Of a stretch of 53,283 nt of DNA, positions 9,801-18,736 are shown one piece after another. The stretch is from an uncultured Methanosarcinales archaeon (GTDB lineage Archaea > Nanobdellota > Nanobdellia > Woesearchaeales > B54-G15). Position 1 is the stretch's first letter. Each line of letters starts with the position of its first letter. Where the stretch lies: NCBI GenBank assembly GCA_964519225.1, contig CAZFJK010000005.1, positions 1-53,283 on the forward strand. The letters run 5' to 3'. Both the position numbers and the translations under genes were made by a program. Under the pieces are notes generated by a model, which saw nothing but the letters and a program-made list of their open reading frames with translations, ran no database searches and was not told the origin of the DNA.

Positions 9801-12800
9801 AGCAGCATGGTTCAAAGCGAGGGTTAAACTACTCTCTTTACTTGTATTTTCAAACATTCCTTCTGTGAAGTTTTCTTCGACTATCTTGCCATGGCTTCGC
9901 TTCAATCTCGCGGTTCCGTTCACAAGCTCAATTAAGCTTGCATTAAATATGTAATCGTTTGCGTTACTGAAATCCCAAGTGTAGTTAACTATACTTATTT
10001 CGCTTGGCGTCCTCCATAGTTCAACATAACTGCAAACAGCATTAGCACCGCCGATTCTTTGAATTTTAAGTTCGACAACTCCATCGCTTATCGCACTTGC
10101 TGGAACATCATATGTTCGTACTTCAGGATTGTACTCAGGAACAGAATAATCATCATCAACAGTATCATTATCTATGTAAACGTCAACGATTCGTCCTTCT
10201 CCTGTAGGTTGCAGGAACCAAACCTTGAACTGATAATCGTATAACGGACTTACATTATACCGCAAGATCACAGCATCGGGATGATAACTCACAGTTCTAT
10301 AACGCTTATCGATGCTTGAATTGACTCCGCTGCCAAACTCAAAATCAGTTCCCTGCATTAAATGAGGTTCATTGCTCGCATTACCACAGTCATCTTCTAA
10401 ATATGGAATAAATGCGCACGGCGGGCATGGACCGCCACAATCGATCCAATCCTCACCTTGATTCTGTATGCCATCGTTACAGCTTACGCACGTTCCTCTC
10501 TCATAAGACCAAGTAACAGAAACATTATCAAAATAGCTCCCATTGTTTCCCCAGGAATAAAGAGCAATTGTTCCTTTGCTCAGGTCAGTATCATTAACGT
10601 CGAAATAAAGAGTATTATTGATATAGCACTTTATGTTAGAACCATTAACAATTATCCTGTAATGATACCATTCTCCCAAAATTGGAGAAAACAGAGAAGA
10701 ATTGCCCAACTCTGTTCTGGTTCCGTTCACGAATTTCTCTAACTTTACAAAAGAACCGCCATCCCCCATGTTCATTCTAAACCTGTAATAACTCTCATTA
10801 TCGAGATATCTGAACATTACTCCAAGAGAATCATCATCCAGACTCATCATATCAACTTCAAACACATAGTTATTCCATTCAAAAGCATCAGAACTGTTCC
10901 AAAAAGAATATGTTCCCGGCGCATCAGTAGCAAGGTCACCACTATAAATATTGCTATCCTGAACGTAATGACCACTATCCACATACCAATTCGAAGGCGC
11001 AGAGGTTGTTCCCTGATCCACAACAGCCCATCCATCGGCATTTCCATCATCAAAATCGTCTCTGAAATCGATATCATAAACAGTTTGCAATTCGCAACTG
11101 TTCGATTGACAATCGCTATTTTGCAAACAGGTTTTTCCATCAGCGCAGCCAGCGCAATAAGGTCCTCCGCAGTCAACATCGGTTTCGTTATTGTTCTTTA
11201 TTCCGTCATTACAGCTAACGCAAATTCCAGCTTCGCAATGCCCACTTGCGCAATCATCGTTACTATTACACTGCTTTCCATCAGCACAATTAGCACCGCA
11301 TATGCCGCCGCAATCAATATCGCTTTCATCCTGATCTTTTATTCCGTTTGAGCAGCTTGGAGGTACTGTAATATTCAAACTAACATTGAATAGGCGAAGC
11401 GTTGAGTTTTCAGCATCTGCATATTGCCAAATATACGAAGCATATTGAAAATATCTGTTTTTGGGAAGATTCAAACTTGAAGGTTGTGCAATAAAAGAGG
11501 AAAAACTTTCACCACTACAAGCAAGATCATCACAACTTCTAACCTTAAATTTCAATTCAGATGCTGTATAAACATAAAGCTGTTTCACTTCGCTTGCACT
11601 TAATGCTCTTGAAAAGGCCATGACTTCATCGAATTCTCCAAAGTTTTGTCCGCCGCCAACATAGTTTCCAATATACACCAAGTCGTTAGTTTCTTGCGCA
11701 GAAGATTGACATTTATATTTTCCATCAATGTAAAACTTTGTAGTTCCTCCGCTACCAATTGCAACTAAATGATGCCATCCTGCTGAAAGAACATCCACAT
11801 CAAATCCGCATGAATAGAACCCGCTTACGTAAACACCTAACAATCCAGAACTATCTACTAAAACATGATGATGTCCTCCTCCCTGCTGGAATAATGTTCT
11901 CCATCCGCCTGTTGTGGTTGGCAACGGAAACAACACCCAAGCTGATAGCGTCCAACTGCTTCCTAAACTTATTGGTGAAACCTGAAGCATATGGTCCGAA
12001 GCAGAACAGTTAACACCATAATCCCTAAAACCATCAATCCATCCAACACCGTTTATCAAAGTAGCATTGTTTCCGTTTCCGCTGCTGTCATAAGCAGTCG
12101 TACCGCTACCTTCATCTAAATGCAATTCCAAAACAATATCAGATAGATTAAGCTCAGCATTTGTTTTCCAGCTTATGTATGTCCAATTAACCTCCTCATC
12201 GTTGATATTAATGATTGGACTGAGATATATCCCGCTATTTCCTAAGAAAGAATCAGTCACAACAGCGTCATAATCGTCATCAAAAGTGGTATTATCAAAA
12301 CTTCCGTTCAAAAAAGAATATTTTCTCGAAGCCAAAGAAATAAAAGTTCCTGAAGATGAACTTTCATTCACAGGATATAAAACCTTGAATGTTTTGTTTG
12401 AGGAAGCAAATCCACAGGCTCCATCAACATCACAACATCTTGCATTCCAATGATACCACCCTTTATCAACATTGCTCAAATCCCACGACTTCGTATCGCT
12501 CGTTCCACTAAATTGTTTTGTTTCAACCGCTTGCCAGCTTCCGCCGATATCGCTCCATAAAGTACAATTGCCCAATCCATCATCTAAATCAGTAGCGGTT
12601 ACTGTTAATGTAATATCATTTGTAAAAAAGAACTGCGTCTTGTCATCAGGACTAACCAGCGAAACATCGGGCGGAGTAGGAGTAATATTGTAATTAACAG
12701 TTGCATTATAAAGGATGGGTGTATAATTCACATTCTCAGTACTAAAATATGCTTTATACTGAAAATATCTGTTAGGCGAAACATTCAAAGAAGAGGGACT

Positions 12801-15800
12801 GTTTAAATAATAACTTGAACTTGAACCATCAGGCCCAACAAAATCTTCTCCACTACAAGCAGAATTATCGCAACTTCTCACTTGAAACTTTAAATCGAGT
12901 GCACCTCTAAGATAATGTTCCTTGATCGTGCTGGCAGAAAGCACAGAGTTGTGAACAACGAATTCATCGATATAACCATCAAAGTAATAAGTCGGACCAC
13001 CACTAACGTCTCCTGTATGCATCTTACTGCTGTCGACCATACAACCAATACTGTCATCACCTGAATGACTGTTCATAGTTACTGAAATAGATGTAGAACC
13101 AACAAGCTCACCATTCACATAAAACCTTAGTTCATCATTTCCGTCAAAAACTAAAGCAACATGATACCACTCACCGGCATCTATTGATGCTGAAAACCAG
13201 TTCCCATCCCAGCCATTTGATTCAACCCATGCTCCGCCGTAGACATATCCATTGTAGATGTAAATGCACATCCCATTCGTGCTACCTCCCTCTTCAAACA
13301 GAAAGTGTGTTCCGCTCACAGAATCTGCCTTAAACCAAAGCTCAATCGTTCTGTCTGTAAAATCGTTGTCAAATACAGCATTAGAACTCGTACTTGGGTC
13401 ATCCAAATAAACATAATCATCGATTCCATCGAAGCTTCCCCCTCTACCGAATCTTCCATCAGCACTTGTATTCGCTCCATTTCTACTTGTGAAATTAATG
13501 TTTCCTGCCCCGCAACTGTCCTTCACGTCATAATCGCTTCCACTCCACGATTGTTCATTCATATGAACCAAATATTCGCAGTCAGGAACTTCAGAACTTG
13601 TTAATTCATCACTATACCTTAATCCTTCACTCCACTCGAGTATTGTCCAGTTAACAATTCTGCCTGCGTCTTTAACTTCACTTGCATAGGTTCCATCACT
13701 ATAATAACTCGTATTACCCGAATCGCTCCAGTCAAGCACAATGCCGCTGCCATTCCATCGCGTATGATAAAAATTTCCTGAGAACGTCGTCTCGTTCTTT
13801 TCTATAAAAGCAGGATCACTGCCATTAATCAAAATAGAATATTCTTTTCCTGGAAAAACCTTTTTTAGAAAAATCCATTTCCCTAAACAGACATTATTCT
13901 TGGAATCCCAATCCGCACATTTATATAACCTATCCCCAGAAGCAACTACTTTAAACTCCATAGGCTCGTCTATTTTAGGTTCTATAACAAACAAATTATC
14001 TTTAACTAATTGAATATCGCATAGATCAGAAAGTTCCTCGCCGAGATAAAGATCATTTATCCTTAAAGATTTTATCTTCTTATCTTCAAACAACAATTCA
14101 ACATCATACAAACCTTCTGTTACACTATCGGATTGAAGTTCTTCAACAGAAAATCCGGTAAGTTTATTAAGAACTTTTACTCTTTTCAAAGATACCCCAC
14201 TCGCCCTAGGATTGAATTTCACCTTCTTAGGAACACCGAATTTTAAAATCTCAGTATGTTTTCCAACGATAATACTAAAAAACCGCCCTTTCCAATCAAA
14301 TACCTTCAAGAGCACAACCTTATTACCCTCAGCTTTTGATTTACTTAACTCATATTTCACATTTCCAACAATTTTAATTGGCAAAACCTTATCATAAGTA
14401 TGGTAAAATCGTACAATCAGTGTGCCATTCAAAATTTCAGTTGAATTGACTATAACATCGAACAGAGGATCGTCTTTCAATTTTTGATAGCTCACATTAA
14501 CTTCACTTGTATTCGTCTTGCTTTCATTTTTGAACAACAGCCAAAAAGGTTCAAAATCAGGTTTAACCGATATTTCCCCCTTTCCAACAAATATCAGATC
14601 GTCATCGCATTCAGAACAAAAATAAACATTACTATTTGAGTCAAGCAGCACATTAATATTCGAAGTTTCTGCTTCAAACTCAAAAAAGATTCCTTTATCT
14701 TTTTCCTTTACAACTCCAAGTCTCTTCAAATCAGAATCCACTTTGAAATCGAATTTTATTTTCTTCAGTCTTTTCATGTTTAAGGAAAACTCAATAGTAT
14801 GAGTTCCTTTGTTGATTTCATGTTCGTCTCCATAAGAAACTTCCTTTCCATCAAGCTCCACCTTTGCAACATCTTTTTCTGAGATCCCCTTAAACTTTAA
14901 ACTAACAGAAGGCAGTTTTTCTTTCGATTTTTTTATGTAGTAATTTATCCGCTCAAGCCAAAGTTTACCATCGACTTTAACAACAACCTTCAACTTCTTC
15001 TTACCTCTAATGTTCAAAGCGCATGTTTCAACACATTCCCCATCCAAAACAATCGCGTTTTTCTTAGGAAGCTCTTTGTCTTTTGTCGCATTTACTGCTG
15101 TTTCGTTAATTTTTTCTATTTCTTCAACTTTTTCAATCTCTTCTCTTCTTTCTTCCATTTCTTCTGAGATATTTTCTTCTTTTTTAATGACAACAGCGCT
15201 CTTAGTTTCATTAATCCGAATCTCCTTTCTAGACTCATTAATTTCAAAGGTGTCTTTTGTCGCATTTACTGTCTTCGCTTCTTCTTTTTCCTCATTTTCT
15301 TCTTTTGTTCCCTCCTCAACAATAGAAGCATCTTCCACCTGTTTTTCTTCTGTTCCTTCCTCCTTTGTAGTTTCTTCTTTGCTTTCGCTGACTTTCTCGA
15401 CGTTCTTATCTTCTTTTTCTACTTGAGGTTCTTCTACAGTTTCTTTGCCTTCTTCAGTTTCCTCGGTTTTCTCTGTTTCTTTTTCATCAAGTTGTTGTTC
15501 GGTTTTCTCAGGTTTTTCTGACGTTTCTTTTTCTTGCTTAGATTCCTCTTCTTCACCTAGCTCATTTATCTCTTCTTCTTCTACCTTCTCTCTATCATCA
15601 ATTTTTTCTTTCTCAACCACAGGCTTAGCTTTTTTAATCCTCTCAATCACTATCTTTCCTGCCTCTTGTTCCTTTTTTTCAATAGCATTACTGATCACAT
15701 CTTTTGCAATATGATAACCAATCAAGGATTGCTCAAGTTCTTCAGGAAAGGCGTAAACAATGTATTCTTTTCCAGAATCGTCTTCGAGGTATATTTCAAA

Positions 15801-16076
15801 AGAATCGCCAGAAAAATTACCGTAAACAGTTAAACCAATCAAAGTTTCATTTTCCTCAAGCTCGAGTTGAAAAGAACGATCAGTTATTATGTAAGAATCG
15901 ACTTGAATAAATTTCTCCTCTAAATTCTCATATAGAAACATTCCTGAAATCGGGTAATTACATCCATACAAACCAATAAGTAGTACAATAAAAACCAGTC
16001 CAGCAACTATTAAAACCTCTTTTTTCATACTTCTAAAACTCAGAAAACTTTTTGGTTTATAAAATTTGTTTTTCAC
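6897..16076 (-). CDS. giant membrane-anchored surface protein: 2 LamG domains, 3 CxDG...DCGG Cys repeats, ConA/DUF1080-like, CBM-like, propeller-like and F5/8-like domains, C-terminal TM and coiled-coil tail
   Basis: 9.2-kb open frame; N-terminal hydrophobic signal (likely start MKKEVLIVAG at 16028); LamG motifs (TIELWFK, WYHVALVFD, FYVNG, FDGYIDEF; WHHLVA, FYIDG, GEFDEV); many NxS/T sequons; TM IALLLVIIVILLVAGGYY. Confidence 0.9.
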   Translation of the reverse strand: MKNKFYKPKSFLSFRSMKKEVLIVAGLVFIVLLIGLYGCNYPISGMFLYENLEEKFIQVDSYIITDRSFQLELEENETLIGLTVYGNFSGDSFEIYLEDDSGKEYIVYAFPEELEQSLIGYHIAKDVISNAIEKKEQEAGKIVIERIKKAKPVVEKEKIDDREKVEEEEINELGEEEESKQEKETSEKPEKTEQQLDEKETEKTEETEEGKETVEEPQVEKEDKNVEKVSESKEETTKEEGTEEKQVEDASIVEEGTKEENEEKEEAKTVNATKDTFEINESRKEIRINETKSAVVIKKEENISEEMEERREEIEKVEEIEKINETAVNATKDKELPKKNAIVLDGECVETCALNIRGKKKLKVVVKVDGKLWLERINYYIKKSKEKLPSVSLKFKGISEKDVAKVELDGKEVSYGDEHEINKGTHTIEFSLNMKRLKKIKFDFKVDSDLKRLGVVKEKDKGIFFEFEAETSNINVLLDSNSNVYFCSECDDDLIFVGKGEISVKPDFEPFWLLFKNESKTNTSEVNVSYQKLKDDPLFDVIVNSTEILNGTLIVRFYHTYDKVLPIKIVGNVKYELSKSKAEGNKVVLLKVFDWKGRFFSIIVGKHTEILKFGVPKKVKFNPRASGVSLKRVKVLNKLTGFSVEELQSDSVTEGLYDVELLFEDKKIKSLRINDLYLGEELSDLCDIQLVKDNLFVIEPKIDEPMEFKVVASGDRLYKCADWDSKNNVCLGKWIFLKKVFPGKEYSILINGSDPAFIEKNETTFSGNFYHTRWNGSGIVLDWSDSGNTSYYSDGTYASEVKDAGRIVNWTILEWSEGLRYSDELTSSEVPDCEYLVHMNEQSWSGSDYDVKDSCGAGNINFTSRNGANTSADGRFGRGGSFDGIDDYVYLDDPSTSSNAVFDNDFTDRTIELWFKADSVSGTHFLFEEGGSTNGMCIYIYNGYVYGGAWVESNGWDGNWFSASIDAGEWYHVALVFDGNDELRFYVNGELVGSTSISVTMNSHSGDDSIGCMVDSSKMHTGDVSGGPTYYFDGYIDEFVVHNSVLSASTIKEHYLRGALDLKFQVRSCDNSACSGEDFVGPDGSSSSYYLNSPSSLNVSPNRYFQYKAYFSTENVNYTPILYNATVNYNITPTPPDVSLVSPDDKTQFFFTNDITLTVTATDLDDGLGNCTLWSDIGGSWQAVETKQFSGTSDTKSWDLSNVDKGWYHWNARCCDVDGACGFASSNKTFKVLYPVNESSSSGTFISLASRKYSFLNGSFDNTTFDDDYDAVVTDSFLGNSGIYLSPIININDEEVNWTYISWKTNAELNLSDIVLELHLDEGSGTTAYDSSGNGNNATLINGVGWIDGFRDYGVNCSASDHMLQVSPISLGSSWTLSAWVLFPLPTTTGGWRTLFQQGGGHHHVLVDSSGLLGVYVSGFYSCGFDVDVLSAGWHHLVAIGSGGTTKFYIDGKYKCQSSAQETNDLVYIGNYVGGGQNFGEFDEVMAFSRALSASEVKQLYVYTASELKFKVRSCDDLACSGESFSSFIAQPSSLNLPKNRYFQYASYIWQYADAENSTLRLFNVSLNITVPPSCSNGIKDQDESDIDCGGICGANCADGKQCNSNDDCASGHCEAGICVSCNDGIKNNNETDVDCGGPYCAGCADGKTCLQNSDCQSNSCELQTVYDIDFRDDFDDGNADGWAVVDQGTTSAPSNWYVDSGHYVQDSNIYSGDLATDAPGTYSFWNSSDAFEWNNYVFEVDMMSLDDDSLGVMFRYLDNESYYRFRMNMGDGGSFVKLEKFVNGTRTELGNSSLFSPILGEWYHYRIIVNGSNIKCYINNTLYFDVNDTDLSKGTIALYSWGNNGSYFDNVSVTWSYERGTCVSCNDGIQNQGEDWIDCGGPCPPCAFIPYLEDDCGNASNEPHLMQGTDFEFGSGVNSSIDKRYRTVSYHPDAVILRYNVSPLYDYQFKVWFLQPTGEGRIVDVYIDNDTVDDDYSVPEYNPEVRTYDVPASAISDGVVELKIQRIGGANAVCSYVELWRTPSEISIVNYTWDFSNANDYIFNASLIELVNGTARLKRSHGKIVEENFTEGMFENTSKESSLTLALNHAADPIYAGVQTATESVDKWDLTFVNGSIAGWSNDHFFSANLDEVRRFNSSFGHEGDNTGMVGVYTGLEFDPYLSGNGTAVFWSQYWTYDNLIRKWLVTDEGNNWVYTGFNFTAVSAIGICVDENYIYANTRNLPSLMHTSVYRYLKNGSPAGTLDMDYLECGSTSDCFYGEGITKIGDYLYVGDENGDTVHVVDVSNWSSPQLLNSWSFASQTTNINQLAHKGRRIYLANGGTSVWTSDIVNSVSGNYISKTYDLGTNVKFGKISIDANTPPGTFIGVQIATNNDNASWNFVGPDGTNSSYYADGDDIATEHDGKRFLRFKVFMNSSDNTTRPRVNEIEINYTTVSDYAEIQTKDLEPDILIGWLSFNASDETFYNASYDWASSSHGATAYADNMPGQLIDDIESSTNFAYCTWPCNMTVELSKLIYVDKIYFRLWDYDGRWYNYSLYISTDGSNWTRLVNNKHAQSVQWYNFSSFTPLRYVRVEGLENTANSGFHIIEFAVYGSDSYVEYAYSVDSGNNWISIEKNTDLSDANTSSGKIRFKARILGEGASVDKMVIYFRGALVEQPAEEEVSEERGAGGAGAEAAVGVSEKHVAAVEEEREEKKRYELGPASEVGTFSLAEGEIGDFVFEGSTYSIELMKLTLTYAKLTLNDKEYKLFVGDEAKVDLNGDGEIDVSLRLKAVKNGNAIFELTVVEKAGRKEVIPGVPAVMERKGLVELFKAFYNLLKENIALLLVIIVILLVAGGYYTLYTRTVTGIKRRFERFSLKSIALEGKLLQYKNLVASLEKNISALEEQKAKVEKQLQKLNEEMSKLEKEHANLAAKAEKLKFELSAAKRELAERQKVLTEIKSFEDKQRRLREKYGLKHVDKELLKRKSDLKAAIVSRRRKIKLKEQALERCKRQMEEIDAKKKMLLGLLNEAETELKMREREIASLLKRKIRFAKLYKSLQLEFEKTKRRAELYKEEFL
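15077..15271. repeat. exact 21-bp direct repeat TGTCTTTTGTCGCATTTACTG at 15077-15097 and 15251-15271
   Basis: Read directly; encodes VNATKD twice in the Glu/Lys-rich tract. Confidence 0.85.
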
Positions 16077-16148
16077 AAACCAAAGAAATTTTCACTTTGA
16101 AGTAAGAATACATCTTTTTAAATAAATTTTGTTTTCAAACTTGCTAAA

Positions 16149-16871
16149 TTGTCACCGCCAATAATCGAAATAAAATCAGATAATGAACGCTTTTGGCACG
16201 GACATAAGTTTAATCTAATAGGCTCTCCATACCAAGCCAAAATTCTAAGAGAACTGATCTGTTCAGTCAGACAATCAAAGATTTTTTATCTAATATGCAG
16301 CTCAGGAAAAACTCCAACAGAATTGGCCAAGATACTAAAAATTTCAAGAACTGCAGTAACACTTACTCTAAATAAATGGCTCATCCTTGGCGTTATCAAA
16401 AAGCAAAGAAAAGGTAGGAGTGTTGTGTACAGCGTTGAAAAAGAGAAATTCTACGACATGATATTTGATATTATCCATCACGGCGTGGATCAAAGACACG
16501 AAGACTTCTTTTGCAAAGACAACCATGATAAGAAAAAAATTACCAGACTTTTCAGAAATAAAAAATTCAGAGATTTTCTCGATTTTTGCCTTTTCAGGTT
16601 AGCGAAGCAACAAAACAGGCCATTAATAAAATTAGTAGATGACCTATTAAATGTGCTTCAACTAGTTTACATTTCAGCCATTCTTAAAAAGCCTATTGAA
16701 CTAAACGGAATCCTTGCATTAGAAAGCCGAGAGCTCTTAAAAAATGTCGATCAAGAAATAAGAGACGGAATAAAAGCATTAATGAAATATTTTTTGGCAA
16801 ATCCTCCTCACTACTACACCCATCACCTAAGCTTTTTAACCAAATGGGTAGAGAGAAAAAATAATAATTAA
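16149..16871 (+). CDS. winged-HTH (ArsR-like) DNA-binding protein with an unknown C-terminal helical domain
   Basis: KTPTELAKILKISRTAVTLTLNKW...GVIKKQRKGRSVVYSV; start uncertain (TTG). Confidence 0.75.
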   Translation: MSPPIIEIKSDNERFWHGHKFNLIGSPYQAKILRELICSVRQSKIFYLICSSGKTPTELAKILKISRTAVTLTLNKWLILGVIKKQRKGRSVVYSVEKEKFYDMIFDIIHHGVDQRHEDFFCKDNHDKKKITRLFRNKKFRDFLDFCLFRLAKQQNRPLIKLVDDLLNVLQLVYISAILKKPIELNGILALESRELLKNVDQEIRDGIKALMKYFLANPPHYYTHHLSFLTKWVERKNNN

Positions 16872-17509
16872 TCCCTAGCAAACAACTCAATCATTTCTAA
16901 ATTCAGCATTGTTCTTTCCTTACACTTACCATCACAGGCAACTATCTCTTGCCAAGCTTGTTTTATCTCAGCGCTTTTTTCTTGCACAGCATCATTGACA
17001 TACTTTACTGCTTTACTGAACTCAACAACATTATCAGTTCCCCAATATTTATCTGCTGTTAACAGTTGAACAATAAGCTTTCCATTTTCAAATCCGTGCT
17101 TTTCACCTTCTAATGAAACAGTTGCAATCATATCAAAAAACTTGTCTGCCTTGCAATCAAAATCAGCAAGACAGAGCGTAAGTGTTTCCCAGCGTTCGCT
17201 AAAGGCATCTATTCTACCCTTAGCAACAAGCTTTTCAATATCAGTAATTAGAGCAGCTGCCTTAACTTTATCCCTCTGGCTCCTGTATAACTCAATCAGT
17301 TTCAGAACGAGCTCTTTAAAATAGCTCGCGTTGTCATTGCTCTGGATGTTTTCAGCTTTTTCATCCAACCTTTCTTTTAAAACAAGCTCATTGTTGGGTG
17401 CGCCAATAAAAGCTCCAACAGGAGTTGAGTTTTTTCCTAGTTTCCCAATAACGAAAATACCAAGCAAAAGTAAACAAACAATCAAAACGAAATATTTTAA
17501 CTTACGCAT
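16868..17509 (-). CDS. membrane-anchored or secreted helical hypothetical protein
   Basis: N-terminal basic plus hydrophobic segment, PVGAFIG, two Cys pairs. Confidence 0.75.
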   Translation of the reverse strand: MRKLKYFVLIVCLLLLGIFVIGKLGKNSTPVGAFIGAPNNELVLKERLDEKAENIQSNDNASYFKELVLKLIELYRSQRDKVKAAALITDIEKLVAKGRIDAFSERWETLTLCLADFDCKADKFFDMIATVSLEGEKHGFENGKLIVQLLTADKYWGTDNVVEFSKAVKYVNDAVQEKSAEIKQAWQEIVACDGKCKERTMLNLEMIELFARD

Positions 17510-17566
17510 AAAATATCACCAATGAAACAAATATATATTTTTTTCTATCTAAAATTATCTATTCAA

Positions 17567-18391
17567 TTATCCAAAAAGTAATGGCGTAAGAAAAACCTCA
17601 ATCAAACCAGCAACCAAAAGCAAAGCTATTGCAATGAAAATCAGATCAAGAGCATCCCTCATTATTCTATTAAACTTCTCACCTTTAAATTCGTGCCTTA
17701 TTATTGCTATGCTTATTATTCCTCCAGCAAGGGCGCCAATAAAATAAGCAATAATCTCTGGCAATCCATGTAGCAAGTATCTCATAAACCCGCTTGCTGT
17801 AACTTGTAAAGCATGGGCGTGCTTTAACCCATTTGAAATAAAACTCCCAATTGCTACAGCCATTACGCTAGCGTTCCATGTCAAAATAAATATCGCTCCA
17901 GCACCATAAAAGAACGAAAAAAGAACACAGAAAAGAAGAATCTTAACGTTGTTGAAAAAAATCACGCTTAGCATGTTCATGCTTGAAAAGAAATTTCCAG
18001 TTGCAGCACCTCTAACTGCCATTACTGTGTTTATTTGCGTACTAAATATCTTCACCGCAACCTCGCCTGGCAAAAGAACATATGAAACAACATAACCGAC
18101 CAAAAACCCTAAAAAAAGAAAAGCAAACATCTCAACGCTTTTCATATGCGCTTTTAATACTTTTTTCTCATCTTCTATCGTAATATCCTTTCTTTCCTCC
18201 TTACTAATTAAATTATGCATAAAAGGAACACTTGCAATTACTGCCAAAACAACCATAACAAGGCTAACATAGCTACGAAAGATAACATAACCAATAATTA
18301 GTCCAAGAATACTGTAAGCAAACCCTAAAAAGAAAAGTTCCCACGGCCTGCCTTCTGCTTTTTTAGGATTGATCAATAATTCAAATACCAT
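17567..18391 (-). CDS. SpoIIM (DUF95) family membrane protein
   Basis: IFFNNVK, WNASV, HGLPEIIAY, AGLIEVFLTP. Confidence 0.88.
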   Translation of the reverse strand: MVFELLINPKKAEGRPWELFFLGFAYSILGLIIGYVIFRSYVSLVMVVLAVIASVPFMHNLISKEERKDITIEDEKKVLKAHMKSVEMFAFLFLGFLVGYVVSYVLLPGEVAVKIFSTQINTVMAVRGAATGNFFSSMNMLSVIFFNNVKILLFCVLFSFFYGAGAIFILTWNASVMAVAIGSFISNGLKHAHALQVTASGFMRYLLHGLPEIIAYFIGALAGGIISIAIIRHEFKGEKFNRIMRDALDLIFIAIALLLVAGLIEVFLTPLLFG

Positions 18392-18456
18392 TACTTTGTT
18401 GGAGATAACATGTTAATTTAAAATTTTCTGAACTGAACAAAACAGACCTCATTTTA

Positions 18457-18506
18457 TCGGTATTCTAAATACCGAAAAATATAAAATATCGGTATTCAAA
18501 ATACCG
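18457..18506. promoter_or_regulatory. tandem operator-like dyads CGGTATT-N3-AATACCG (32-bp period) flanking a BRE/TATA-like core
   Basis: CGGTATTctaAATACCG 18458-18474 and CGGTATTcaaAATACCG 18490-18506; CCGAAAAATATAAAA overlaps the first and runs toward the second. Confidence 0.7.
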
Positions 18507-18619
18507 CTAAGTGTTTTTCTTGCATTGCTGGATGTTTGAGTTTTTGCTTCGGTAACAACAACATTTTTAAACTGAACAATAGCTTCTTATTTTATAAGCG
18601 AATATTCGTAATAGCCAAT

Positions 18620-18694
18620 AGCGGGGTAGAGCAGCCAGGAGTGCTCGGTGGGCTCATAACCCACAGGTCGGAGGTTCAAATCCTCCCCCCGCTA
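18620..18694 (+). tRNA. initiator tRNA-Met (CAT), intronless, CCA not encoded
   Basis: Acceptor AGCGGGG/CCCCGCT with A1:U72; anticodon stem GTGGG/CCCAC with three G:C pairs, loop CTCATAA; T arm GGAGG-TTCAAAT-CCTCC; TTTATAA about 25 bp upstream; T run downstream. Confidence 0.96.
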
Positions 18695-18736
18695 TTTTTC
18701 TAAAAGTTTTTAAACCGTGCTTTCTTTTCCTGAAAA

